From NCBI GenBank assembly GCA_023130975.1, contig JAGMAD010000001.1, positions 17,238 through 81,237 of the forward strand: 64,000 bases of DNA, written 5' to 3'. The position numbers and the translations under genes were made by a program. The notes beneath the pieces are model-generated. The model ran no database searches, was not told the DNA's origin, and saw only the letters and a list, made by a program, of their open reading frames with translations. The stretch comes from Candidatus Parcubacteria bacterium. Its GTDB lineage: Bacteria; Patescibacteriota; Minisyncoccia; Minisyncoccales; JAGMDC01. Shown piece after piece: positions 42,269 to 50,869 of this stretch. How positions within the stretch are numbered: position 1 is the first letter of the stretch; each line of letters opens with the position of its first letter.

Positions 42269-43816
42269 ATGGAAAAAGTTGATAGATTAAGAAAAAAATA
42301 TCCGAGATTTGTTTATGAAAAATATTTTTATCAAATCTTTAAAAATGATTTAAAGATTTTTTTTGATTTTAGGATAGCTCCTGACATTAGATTTAGACCA
42401 ACAATAATTGTAAAAAATATTGACAAACAAAATTTATCAATGATCAGTGATAAATTATTAGATAATCTTGTTTTTCATTTGGGTTTAATGGAAATTCCCA
42501 GTTATTGGAAAACTACTTGCTCGCCAGAAATTGAAATTAGAGCCGGCTATTTAAATAAAGAACAAATTAAATGGTGGAAAGATTTAATTATCAATGGAAT
42601 GGGCCAATTCTTTTATGAAAATAGGATTGATTTCAGAGAGTCAAGTTTTCTAAAAATTATTTCAAATGAGCAAAAAAGCGGGCGAAGACGGACTTCGCCT
42701 GCTTCGTTCAATTTGGGCGAAGTCCGTCCTCGCTTTGTCTCGCAAAAAAATAGATTTTTAATCCCAATGGGAGATGGCAAGGATTCAATTGTTACTTTAG
42801 AGCTGCTAAAAAGAAAAAAGTTAGAGGTTAATTGTTTTATTGTTAATCCTTTTAAAGAGCATTTTAAGATTTTGAAAATCGCAGGAATTAAAAACCCCGT
42901 AATTGTAGAACGGAAAGTTGATCCAACTTTATTAGCATTGAATCGAAAAGGATTTTTAAACGGACATACGCCGATAACTGCTTTAATTTCCAACTTAGCA
43001 GTTTTTTGCGGAGTTTTATTTGGTTATGGAAACGTAGTAATGTCCTGCGAGAAAAGCGCTAATGAAGGTAATATAAAATACTTGCCCCCACACCATAATG
43101 GAGACATGCCGCTTTCAGCGGCGAAATTAGCAAGGCCAGCCCCCATTTGGTGTGGGAGTAAAGGAAAAATCATTAATCATCAATGGTCAAAAAGTTTTGA
43201 ATTTGAGGAAAAATTCCGATATTATTCTAAGAAATATTTAACAAAAGAAGTAGAATATTTTAGTTTTTTGCGTCCTTTATATGAAATTCAAATAGCAAGA
43301 TTATTCTCTAAGCTTACAAAATATTTTTCGGTTTTCCTTAGTTGTAATGAGGCATATAAAACTGCTTCTGGAACCAAAAAACCAACTGGCAAATGGTGCG
43401 GGAAATGCTCAAAATGCTTGTTTATTTGGACAATTTTATATCCTTTTGTAAAAGAAAAAGAGCTGATTAAAATTTTCAAAAAAAATCTTTTTAAAGATAA
43501 GAATCTAATTCCAATAATGAAAGAACTAATAGGGGATAGTAAATGCAAGCCACTTGAATGTGTGGGCACAAAAAAAGAAAGCTTAATTGCTTTTTACCTA
43601 TCATACAAAAAATCCATAGGTGACACCTATGGCAATTTCTATGGCAATAGTGATAATTTATCGGCTTTGTTGAAATACTTTCAAAATAAAGTTTTACCGA
43701 ATTACTCAAAATTAAAATTAGAAAATGATTCAAAAAGGATATTAAATTCATGGAATAAGCAAAATAATCTTCCTAAAAAATTTGACAAAATTTTACGAAA
43801 AGCATATTATAAATGA
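42269..43816 (+). CDS. PP-loop-like / Cys-cluster protein in the dcw cluster; candidate UDP-MurNAc-L-Ala-L-Glu epimerase (MurL-like)
   Basis: FLIPMGDGKDSIVTLELL resembles an SGGxDS-type ATP pyrophosphatase loop. GKWCGKCSKCLF is a QueC-like Cys cluster. Sits between mraY and murD. The family assignment is an inference. Confidence 0.4.
   Translation: MEKVDRLRKKYPRFVYEKYFYQIFKNDLKIFFDFRIAPDIRFRPTIIVKNIDKQNLSMISDKLLDNLVFHLGLMEIPSYWKTTCSPEIEIRAGYLNKEQIKWWKDLIINGMGQFFYENRIDFRESSFLKIISNEQKSGRRRTSPASFNLGEVRPRFVSQKNRFLIPMGDGKDSIVTLELLKRKKLEVNCFIVNPFKEHFKILKIAGIKNPVIVERKVDPTLLALNRKGFLNGHTPITALISNLAVFCGVLFGYGNVVMSCEKSANEGNIKYLPPHHNGDMPLSAAKLARPAPIWCGSKGKIINHQWSKSFEFEEKFRYYSKKYLTKEVEYFSFLRPLYEIQIARLFSKLTKYFSVFLSCNEAYKTASGTKKPTGKWCGKCSKCLFIWTILYPFVKEKELIKIFKKNLFKDKNLIPIMKELIGDSKCKPLECVGTKKESLIAFYLSYKKSIGDTYGNFYGNSDNLSALLKYFQNKVLPNYSKLKLENDSKRILNSWNKQNNLPKKFDKILRKAYYK
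42678..42743. repeat. GC-rich 66-nt hairpin insert (family 3) inside the MurL-like ORF
   Basis: Arms gcgaagacggacttcgcc (42682-42699) and ggcgaagtccgtcctcgc (42716-42733), 17/18 complementary. Flanked by A runs. Translated as GRRRTSPASFNLGEVRPRFVSQ. Confidence 0.65.
43085..43158. mobile_element. Family-1 MITE-like element (74 nt, degenerate right end) inside the MurL-like ORF
   Basis: CCCCCACACCATAA...ATTTGGTGTGGGAG. Inner hairpin gccgc-tttca-gcggc. Translated as PPHHNGDMPLSAAKLARPAPIWCGS. Confidence 0.55.
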
Positions 43817-43868
43817 AAAGAAATTGGCTATTTAGCATAAGAATATAGAGAGAAAACAGGAGAAAAAA

Positions 43869-44066
43869 ATGAATCTTGTAGAAATATTACAGGAGTTTGA
43901 GAAAGAGAGTAAGATAGAAAGAAAGCATAAAGGAAATTTGCTTCCGAGATGTGTAGATAAAGGATGGATTCGGCTGAACACAGAAAAGAATACTGCCGAA
44001 CTTACATCTAGAGGGAAGAATAGATTAGCGAAGTATAAGAGACAAAAGAATAATAGAAGGGGATGA
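43869..44066 (+). CDS. Hypothetical small basic protein (possible wHTH)
   Basis: 65-aa ORF, SD acaggag, purine-rich. GWIRLNTEKNTAELTSRGKNRL. 4-nt overlap with the next ORF. Confidence 0.4.
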   Translation: MNLVEILQEFEKESKIERKHKGNLLPRCVDKGWIRLNTEKNTAELTSRGKNRLAKYKRQKNNRRG

Positions 44067-44449
44067 TAAAAATGGCGAAAGAAATCATAGCAGATGATAG
44101 CTGGAAAAAAAATGCTGGGAAAACAATACTAGTATTGAACGGAAGAGTAATATTCGCCGATGAAGACATTAAGAAAGTAGAGAAAAGAAGGCTTTCCTAT
44201 TTTGAACCATCCCTACGATCTCAGATAGATATAGTCCGTATACCAACAGCAGAAGAGGAAGAGGAAGAGATGCTAAAAGACATCGATATGTTGTCAAAAA
44301 AATATGGGGGAATTCGTGAGGTTATCGAGATTTTCTCTAGCTTGTATGCAAAAGGAAAAATAGCACCTGAAACGAGAGTAGGTTTAGGATTTTGCAGTTG
44401 GTGGAAAAAAAAAGACAAAATAAACAAAAAAGTAAAAGATAGGGACTAA
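44063..44449 (+). CDS. Hypothetical protein
   Basis: 128-aa ORF translationally coupled (ATGA) to 43869-44066. Has an acidic E6 run. No family recognised. Confidence 0.4.
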   Translation: MIKMAKEIIADDSWKKNAGKTILVLNGRVIFADEDIKKVEKRRLSYFEPSLRSQIDIVRIPTAEEEEEEMLKDIDMLSKKYGGIREVIEIFSSLYAKGKIAPETRVGLGFCSWWKKKDKINKKVKDRD

Positions 44450-44527
44450 ATAGTTCCTCTTTTTTTTGACGATTTGAGGATTTTAAGTTATGATAAAAAA
44501 ATAAACCCTGTTAGAAATTCGTTTATC

Positions 44528-45775
44528 ATGATGAAATTAGAGGAATTAAAAAATAAGAGAATCTTGATTTTAGGTTTAGGAAAAGAAGGAATAGATAATT
44601 TCAAATTCTTGAGAAGGCTATTTCCGAATAAAGTTTTGGGATTGGCTGACAAGCAACAAGTTAAAAGTAAAAAGTTAAAAGTTAAAAGTGCAAGATTTCA
44701 TTTGGGAAAAAATTATCTTAAAGCACTGAAAAATTATGATGTGATAATTAAATCACCTGGAATACCAATTCATCTGCCAGAGGTTGAAAATGCCCTAAAA
44801 CAAGGAAAGATAATTTCCCAGACAGAAATTTTTTTTGAGAATTGCCCTGGAACAATTATTGGCATCACTGGCACCAAAGGAAAAAGCACTACTACTTCTT
44901 TAATTTACAAAATTCTAAAGGATGCTAAGTTAAAAGTTCATTTAATCGGGAATATTGGAAAACCAGTTTTATCTTATTTAGAAAAAGCAAAAGCAAACGA
45001 TATTTTTGTTTATGAATTATCTTGCCATCAATTATATAATCTCAAAAAAAGCCCTCACATCGCGGTTCTTTTAAACATTTACCCGGAGCACCTTGATTAT
45101 TACAAAAATTTTAAAGAATATATAAAAGCAAAAGCAAATATTACTCGCTGGCAGGCAAAAAACGATTATTTAATTTTTAATTCCCAAGACAAGATTGTGA
45201 GAAAAATTGCCAAAAAATCAAAGGCAAAAAAAATTCCGATTAAAGGAAAATTTAATCTCTTAAATGTATCTGCAGCCAAAGAGGTAGGAAAAATATTTAA
45301 GCTTTCTTCTAAAGAAATCGTCAAAGCGGTTAAAAACTTTAAACCTTTGCCGCATCGATTAGAGTTCGTGGGTATCTATAAAGGAATTAAATTTTACAAT
45401 GATTCTTTGTCTACTATCCCAGAAACCACTATTGCTGCTTTAGAGACATTAGGAAAAGATGTTCAGACATTAATTTTGGGCGGCTATGATAGGGGATTGG
45501 ATTTTAAAAAACTGGGCCAAAGAATAGTGAGAAGTAAAGTAAAAACATTGATTTTATTTCCAGCTACTGGTAAAAAAATTTGGACTTCTATTGTTTCTAA
45601 AAAACGGTTTAAAGCTTTCTTTGTTGATAATATGAAGGAGGCAGTAAAATTAGCTTATAAACACACCAAAAAAGGAAAAATCTGTTTATTATCGCCAGCT
45701 TCACCAAGTTTTGGTGTTTTTAAAGATTACAAAGAAAGAGGAAATTCATTTAAAAAGCACATTTCAAAAATTTGA
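44528..45775 (+). CDS. murD: UDP-N-acetylmuramoylalanine--glutamate ligase (MurD family)
   Basis: [38 protein letters not shown]. Start set at ATG 44528; the tracked TTG extension is unsupported. Confidence 0.9.
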   Translation: MMKLEELKNKRILILGLGKEGIDNFKFLRRLFPNKVLGLADKQQVKSKKLKVKSARFHLGKNYLKALKNYDVIIKSPGIPIHLPEVENALKQGKIISQTEIFFENCPGTIIGITGTKGKSTTTSLIYKILKDAKLKVHLIGNIGKPVLSYLEKAKANDIFVYELSCHQLYNLKKSPHIAVLLNIYPEHLDYYKNFKEYIKAKANITRWQAKNDYLIFNSQDKIVRKIAKKSKAKKIPIKGKFNLLNVSAAKEVGKIFKLSSKEIVKAVKNFKPLPHRLEFVGIYKGIKFYNDSLSTIPETTIAALETLGKDVQTLILGGYDRGLDFKKLGQRIVRSKVKTLILFPATGKKIWTSIVSKKRFKAFFVDNMKEAVKLAYKHTKKGKICLLSPASPSFGVFKDYKERGNSFKKHISKI

Positions 45776-45821
45776 TATATCAAGCTAAAGCCTGCTATAG
45801 CAAATCAGAGATTTGATATAT

Positions 45822-45849
45822 CAGAATTTTTGATATATCAAAAATTCTG
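45822..45849. promoter_or_regulatory. Perfect 28-bp palindrome abutting the ftsW -10 box
   Basis: CAGAATTTTTGATATATCAAAAATTCTG equals its own reverse complement. Followed by gt-TATAAT (45851-45856), 6 nt, ATG 45863. Confidence 0.6.
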
Positions 45850-45862
45850 TTATAATAAAACA

Positions 45863-47002
45863 ATGAAAGAGGGCTATATTCAACATCCTGATTATATTCT
45901 CTTGGGAATAACAACTACTTTAATAAGCTTGGGAATTTTAATTCTGGCTGACATTTCTGCTCCTCTTTCTCAAGAAAGATTTGGCAATAGCAGTTATTTT
46001 TTAATTCATCAAATCAAATATGGATTAATACCTGGAATTATATTGGGTTTCTTGGCTTATAAAATTTCTTTATCTTTTTTAAAAAAATGGTCCTTGGCTC
46101 TGCTTTTGCTAAATTTAATCTTTTTAGGATTAGTTTTTCTACCCGGAATTGGCGCTAATGTATGGGGAGCCTCTCGCTGGATAAATTTAGGATTTATTTC
46201 CTTCCAGCCATCAGAATTCTTAAAAGTTAGTTTTATCATCTACTTAGCTGCTTGGTTAAGCCATTCTGGTATTAAAATAGAACATCCAAAAAAGAAAATA
46301 AAGAAAGTAGTTACTGAGAAAATATCCAAAAGATTGGCTCCTTTTTTAATAATTATTGGTCTGATAAGTTTATTCTTGATTCTTCAGCCAGATATAAGCA
46401 CCTTGGGTATTATTGTTTTAGTGGCTGTTCTAATGTATTTCTCTGTAGGGACCCCTTTTTGGCACAGTGTTTTTATGGTTGTAGCTGGTTTATCCGCTTT
46501 GGTGTTTTTAGTAAAAACAGCTCCTTATAGGTTTAATCGAATTTTAGCTTTTTTCAAACCAGAGATAGATCCTATGGGAATAAGCTATCAAATAAAACAG
46601 TCGTTAATAGCTATTGGCTCTGGAGGAATATTTGGATTAGGTCTGGCAATGTCTTATCAAAAGTTCGGATTTCTGCCTCAATCAATGTCAGATTCAATCT
46701 TTTCTATATATGCTGAAGAAACCGGCTTTATTGGAAGTTTATTTTTAATTCTTCTTTTCTTATTTTTCTTTTGGCAAGGATGCAGGCTTTTCAAAAAAAA
46801 GTCAGATGAATTTTCCCGGCTTTTAACTCTAGGAATTTGCTCTTGGATTAGCATCCAAGCATTAGTTCATATTGGTTCAATGATTGCTGTTTTCCCCTTA
46901 ACTGGTATTCCTTTGCCTTTTATAAGTTATGGCGGCTCACATCTTCTGGCTGAAATGATTGGAGTAGGGATACTTTTAAATATTTCTAAAAATACATTAT
47001 GA
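45863..47002 (+). CDS. ftsW: SEDS-family peptidoglycan glycosyltransferase FtsW/RodA
   Basis: Ten TM segments. RWINLGFISFQPSEFLK, PDISTL, GLGLAMSYQKFGFLPQSMSDSIFS, LPFISYGGS. Confidence 0.9.
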   Translation: MKEGYIQHPDYILLGITTTLISLGILILADISAPLSQERFGNSSYFLIHQIKYGLIPGIILGFLAYKISLSFLKKWSLALLLLNLIFLGLVFLPGIGANVWGASRWINLGFISFQPSEFLKVSFIIYLAAWLSHSGIKIEHPKKKIKKVVTEKISKRLAPFLIIIGLISLFLILQPDISTLGIIVLVAVLMYFSVGTPFWHSVFMVVAGLSALVFLVKTAPYRFNRILAFFKPEIDPMGISYQIKQSLIAIGSGGIFGLGLAMSYQKFGFLPQSMSDSIFSIYAEETGFIGSLFLILLFLFFFWQGCRLFKKKSDEFSRLLTLGICSWISIQALVHIGSMIAVFPLTGIPLPFISYGGSHLLAEMIGVGILLNISKNTL

Positions 47003-48129
47003 AAATCTTATTCACAGGTGGTGGCACTGGAGGTCATATTTTTCCAGTAATTGCCATTACCAGAGAAATTAAAAAAATCTACAGAAATCAAAACTTAACT
47101 TTTCATTATATTGGTCCAAAAGATGATTTTGGTTCTTCTTTGCTTTCTAAAGAAGGAATTCAAGTCAAGGCCATTTTGGCTGGTAAGGTTAGAAGATACA
47201 TAGGAATAAAAAGTTTTTTTCAGAATATAATAGATATCTTATTTAAGACACCTATTGGAATTTGCCAGTCGTTTTGGTATGTTTTTGTTCTTGCTCCTGA
47301 TGTTATTTTTAGTAAGGGCGGCTATGGTTCAATCCCAGGAACGTTTTCTGGCTGGCTTCTGCGAGTGCCAATTTTTCTGCACGAATCTGATATAACAGCC
47401 GGGTTAGCTAACCAAATTTTGAGTAAATTTTCTTTGGAAATTTTTGTTTCTTTTCCAGTTGAAAAGACCAAACCATTTCCTAAAGAAAAAATGATTTCAG
47501 TCGGAAATCCTATTAGGGCTGAAATTTTAGAAGGAAAAAAGGAAGAAGCAAAAAAATCATTAAAATTAAGCGGGATAAAACCAGTAATTCTAATTATGGG
47601 CGGTTCCCAGGGAGCTCAAAGAATTAATGATAAAATTTTACAAATTTTAGCTGACCTTTTGAGGAATTTTGAAATTATTCATCAGACCGGTTCTAAAAAC
47701 TTCAAAACCGTTCAATCTGAATCTAAGGTAGTAATTCCTAAAGAATTAGAGAATTATTATCATCCCTTTGCTATTTTAGACGAAAAAACCCTGAAAAGTG
47801 CTTATGCTGCTTCAGATTTTATTGTTTCCAGGGCTGGTTCTGGTTCTATTTTTGAAATTGCTGCTTTAGGCAAACCTTCTATTCTAATCCCTTTGCAAGA
47901 GGCAGCCCAAGATCATCAATTAAAAAATGCTTATTGTTTTGCTGAAACAGGCGCTTCTATCGTTATAGAAGAATCAAATTTCACTCCCCACTTCTTTTTG
48001 GAAAAATTAAAATATTTATTTTTTCAAAGACAGAATATAAAAGATATGGCTGAGAAAGCAAAAAGATTCTCTAAACCAAAAGCAGCCAGAATCATTGCCG
48101 GATATCTTGTAGAATACCTAAAACAATAA
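46999..48129 (+). CDS. murG: Undecaprenyldiphospho-muramoylpentapeptide beta-N-acetylglucosaminyltransferase
   Basis: ILFTGGGTGGHIFP, GGSQGA, SRAGSGSIFEIAALGKPSILIP, Q..NA. Confidence 0.95.
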   Translation: MKILFTGGGTGGHIFPVIAITREIKKIYRNQNLTFHYIGPKDDFGSSLLSKEGIQVKAILAGKVRRYIGIKSFFQNIIDILFKTPIGICQSFWYVFVLAPDVIFSKGGYGSIPGTFSGWLLRVPIFLHESDITAGLANQILSKFSLEIFVSFPVEKTKPFPKEKMISVGNPIRAEILEGKKEEAKKSLKLSGIKPVILIMGGSQGAQRINDKILQILADLLRNFEIIHQTGSKNFKTVQSESKVVIPKELENYYHPFAILDEKTLKSAYAASDFIVSRAGSGSIFEIAALGKPSILIPLQEAAQDHQLKNAYCFAETGASIVIEESNFTPHFFLEKLKYLFFQRQNIKDMAEKAKRFSKPKAARIIAGYLVEYLKQ

Positions 48130-48167
48130 TCAATAATCAATGATCAATAGTCAATAATCAATAGTCA

Positions 48168-49712
48168 ATGGTTAATAACCAATCAAATAAAATTAGAACA
48201 AGAATTGCTCCTTCGCCCACAGGCCTTTTACATATTGGCACTGCCAGAACTGCTCTTTTTAACTATATCTTTGCTAAGAAGTTTCAGGGAAACTTCATTT
48301 TAAGGATTGAAGATACTGATTCGGAAAGGTCAAAAAAAGAATATGAAAAAGATATTGTAGAAAGCCTGGACTGGTTAGGAATAAAATGGGATGAATGCTA
48401 TAGACAGAGCGAGCGAATGGATATTTATGAGAAATATATTAAAAAACTATTAAAGGAAGATAAGGCATATTACTGTTTTTGCACAGAAGAAGAATTAGAA
48501 GCCCAGAAACAATACCAAATTTCCATTGGTCAAGCAGCTTGTTATTCAGGAAAATGCAGAGGTTTGCCTAAAGAGGAAATAAACAAAAACTTAAAAGAAA
48601 AAAAACCTTTTGTTGTCAGGTTTAAAATTTCTGATTCCTCTAAAAAAATAGCTTTTGATGACTTAATCAGGGGAAAAATTGAATTTGATTCCGAGTTAAT
48701 TGGGGATTTCATTATTAGTAAAGGACTAAAAAAACCTTTTTATAATTTTGCTGCTGCTGTAGATGATTTTGAAATGAAAATTTCCCATATCATAAGAGGA
48801 GAAGACCATATTTCTAATACCCCAAAACAAATTCTCATTCAACAGACCTTAGGTTTTTCCCAACCAAAATATGCTCATTTGCCTTTAATTTTAGGTCCTG
48901 ATAGGAGTAAACTAAGCAAAAGGCATGGGGCAACCGCAATTTCCGAGTACAGAGAAAAAGGCATTTTACCAGAAACCTTAATTAATTTTATGGCTTTTTT
49001 AGGTTGGAATCCAGGCACAGAAAGAGAAATATATAATATTGTCTCTTTAATCAAAGAATTTTCTTTAGAAAATGTCCAAAAAGGAGGAGCTGTTTTTAAT
49101 ATCAAACGATTAGATTATCTAAACGGCTTTTACATCCGGCAGAAATCAGATAAAAAAATAACAGAATTGTGTATTCCATATTTAATAAAAGCTGATTTTA
49201 TAGAGCCGATAGATATTGATTGTCCTGATGGAGTTAATTGCCCTGAGACCGTTTCTTTATTTGAAGAAGAAAAGCCTGAATTTAAAATAAAGGAGGGCGA
49301 CGAAATCATTGATTTTGATTATTTAAAAAAAATTGTAAAAATATATCAGGAGCGATTAAGATATTTATCAGAAATTGCTGAATTAACAGATTTCTTTTTT
49401 AAAGACAAATTAGAGTATGATAAGGATTTGTTACAATGGAAAGATATGACTGACAAAGAAGTTTTTAATACTCTTGACAAATTAGAGAAAATATTGTCTA
49501 AAATAGAAGTCAAAGATTTTAATAAAGAGAACTTAGAAAAGATTTTAATGCTTGAAGCTGAAAAAATAGGGGATAGAGGAAAACTTTTATGGCCATTGAG
49601 AGTGGCCCTGACAGGAAAAAAGGCCTCTGCGCCACCTTTTGAAATAGCGGAAATTTTAGGGAAGGAGAAAACGCTAAAGAGGATAGGGGAAGCAAAAAAA
49701 TTGATAAAATAA
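48168..49712 (+). CDS. gltX: Glutamate--tRNA ligase
   Basis: RIAPSPTGLLHIGTAR (HIGH), LRIEDTD, KLSKRHG (KMSKS). Confidence 0.95.
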   Translation: MVNNQSNKIRTRIAPSPTGLLHIGTARTALFNYIFAKKFQGNFILRIEDTDSERSKKEYEKDIVESLDWLGIKWDECYRQSERMDIYEKYIKKLLKEDKAYYCFCTEEELEAQKQYQISIGQAACYSGKCRGLPKEEINKNLKEKKPFVVRFKISDSSKKIAFDDLIRGKIEFDSELIGDFIISKGLKKPFYNFAAAVDDFEMKISHIIRGEDHISNTPKQILIQQTLGFSQPKYAHLPLILGPDRSKLSKRHGATAISEYREKGILPETLINFMAFLGWNPGTEREIYNIVSLIKEFSLENVQKGGAVFNIKRLDYLNGFYIRQKSDKKITELCIPYLIKADFIEPIDIDCPDGVNCPETVSLFEEEKPEFKIKEGDEIIDFDYLKKIVKIYQERLRYLSEIAELTDFFFKDKLEYDKDLLQWKDMTDKEVFNTLDKLEKILSKIEVKDFNKENLEKILMLEAEKIGDRGKLLWPLRVALTGKKASAPPFEIAEILGKEKTLKRIGEAKKLIK

Positions 49713-49760
49713 AAAAGAGAGGGCTTAAAAAGTGTCCTCAAATTATATTTTATATTTATC

Positions 49761-49901
49761 TCACTTAACAACAAACCATTCATAGTAGGATATTGTTAAT
49801 CCCACTGGTGCTCCGATATAACATGGTAGTCCAAAATAATCCATATTTGCACCTACTACGACACATATGACTCCTACAATTATAATCCTCAACAATCTCA
49901 T
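49761..49901 (-). CDS. Small membrane protein (46 aa)
   Basis: Promoter TTGACA-16-TATAAT (49988-50015, minus strand), SD aggagg, hydrophobic product MRLLRIIIVGVICVVVGAN... Confidence 0.45.
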   Translation of the reverse strand: MRLLRIIIVGVICVVVGANMDYFGLPCYIGAPVGLTISYYEWFVVK

Positions 49902-50086
49902 TCTTCCATACTCACCTCCTATTTCTTTTTCTTTTTCAGTTTTCTCTTAGTTTATTTTTTTTTATTACCTTCTATGAACTACTTAAGATTATACAAAATA
50001 CACTTAAAATGTCAAGCTTTTAAAGATATATATAATATAAAACAGGGCAGAATAAAAAAAAGAGGAATCACGATTTAATTCCTCTA

Positions 50087-50191
50087 TCATAGAACAATAA
50101 TTCCTATATAGGCCAGCAATAAAATAAGGAGTATTCCTCCTATGTCTATCGCAATATTTGCAATATTTTTCACAAATCCTTTTTCTATCAT
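50087..50191 (-). CDS. Small membrane protein (34 aa)
   Basis: Promoter TTGACA-17-TATAAT (50219-50247, minus strand), SD ggagg 5 nt before the ATG, one TM helix. Terminator agaggaat-taaatcgtg-attcctct plus T8. Confidence 0.5.
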   Translation of the reverse strand: MIEKGFVKNIANIAIDIGGILLILLLAYIGIIVL

Positions 50192-50204
50192 CTTAACCTC
50201 CTAA

Positions 50205-50723
50205 ATGAACTACTTAAAATTATACAAAACTATAATAATATTGTCAACCCCTGTGATAATTTGCGGCTTGATTTTGCCTCAAGTTGTTTTTGCCCAGACA
50301 ACAGTTGAAACACCGAGTACTTTTACAGAAGCCAAGGACTTTATAATAAGATTAGTTAAGCCCTTGCCCAATACTATGAAAGATATCTGGCAAAACCAAG
50401 TTCTGCCTGTATGGCGCAATATGGCAGAAAAGTTTTCTAATTGGTGGAAAACATCGGTTTTGCCCTGGCTAAAAAGTATCATGCCAACCCTTAAATCCTG
50501 GTTTAACGAGACAGCAGAATGGTTTTCAGGAATTTGGTATGAAACCATTAAACCCTGGATTAGTAATTTGTTGAATAAAATAAAAAGTTTCATTAATGAA
50601 AAAATTATTGAAAGAAAACCAGTTATTAAACAAGAATTTGAAAAAGAAAAACAAGAGATAAAACAAGAAATTCCTGAAGTCAGCAAAGGATTATGGCAGA
50701 GATTTAAAGAGCTTATAAAATAG
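50205..50723 (+). CDS. Secreted hypothetical Trp-rich protein
   Basis: Signal peptide ending VVFAQT. Repeated W-x-x-x motifs (NWWKTSVLPWLKSIMPTLKSWFNETAEWFSGIWYETIKPWI). Confidence 0.55.
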   Translation: MNYLKLYKTIIILSTPVIICGLILPQVVFAQTTVETPSTFTEAKDFIIRLVKPLPNTMKDIWQNQVLPVWRNMAEKFSNWWKTSVLPWLKSIMPTLKSWFNETAEWFSGIWYETIKPWISNLLNKIKSFINEKIIERKPVIKQEFEKEKQEIKQEIPEVSKGLWQRFKELIK

Positions 50724-50869
50724 TTATAAAATAGTGATAGATATGGCAGGGAAGAGCTTGACACAGCTATTTGGCTGTTATACTATTAATATAGATATAG
50801 TCGGACAATATAGGTAAACCGCTTATTCTTATATTCAATTTTAACGCTCTCTATATATGCCCTACAAAT

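Noticed and set aside
42613-42993. Antisense ORFs inside conserved genes (42613-42993, 43288-43751, 50279-50764, 16140-16493, 34459-34791).
   Set aside because: They lie fully inside better-supported genes on the other strand and have no motifs or start signals.
13005-50212. Octamer ATGAACTA/TAGTTCAT recurring at about 7 sites (13003, 23577, 23589, 26050, 31512, 49973, 50205), considered as a common regulatory word.
   Set aside because: A rough composition-based expectation for this AT-rich 64-kb window on both strands is already several hits. Only the longer matches, reported separately, are meaningful.
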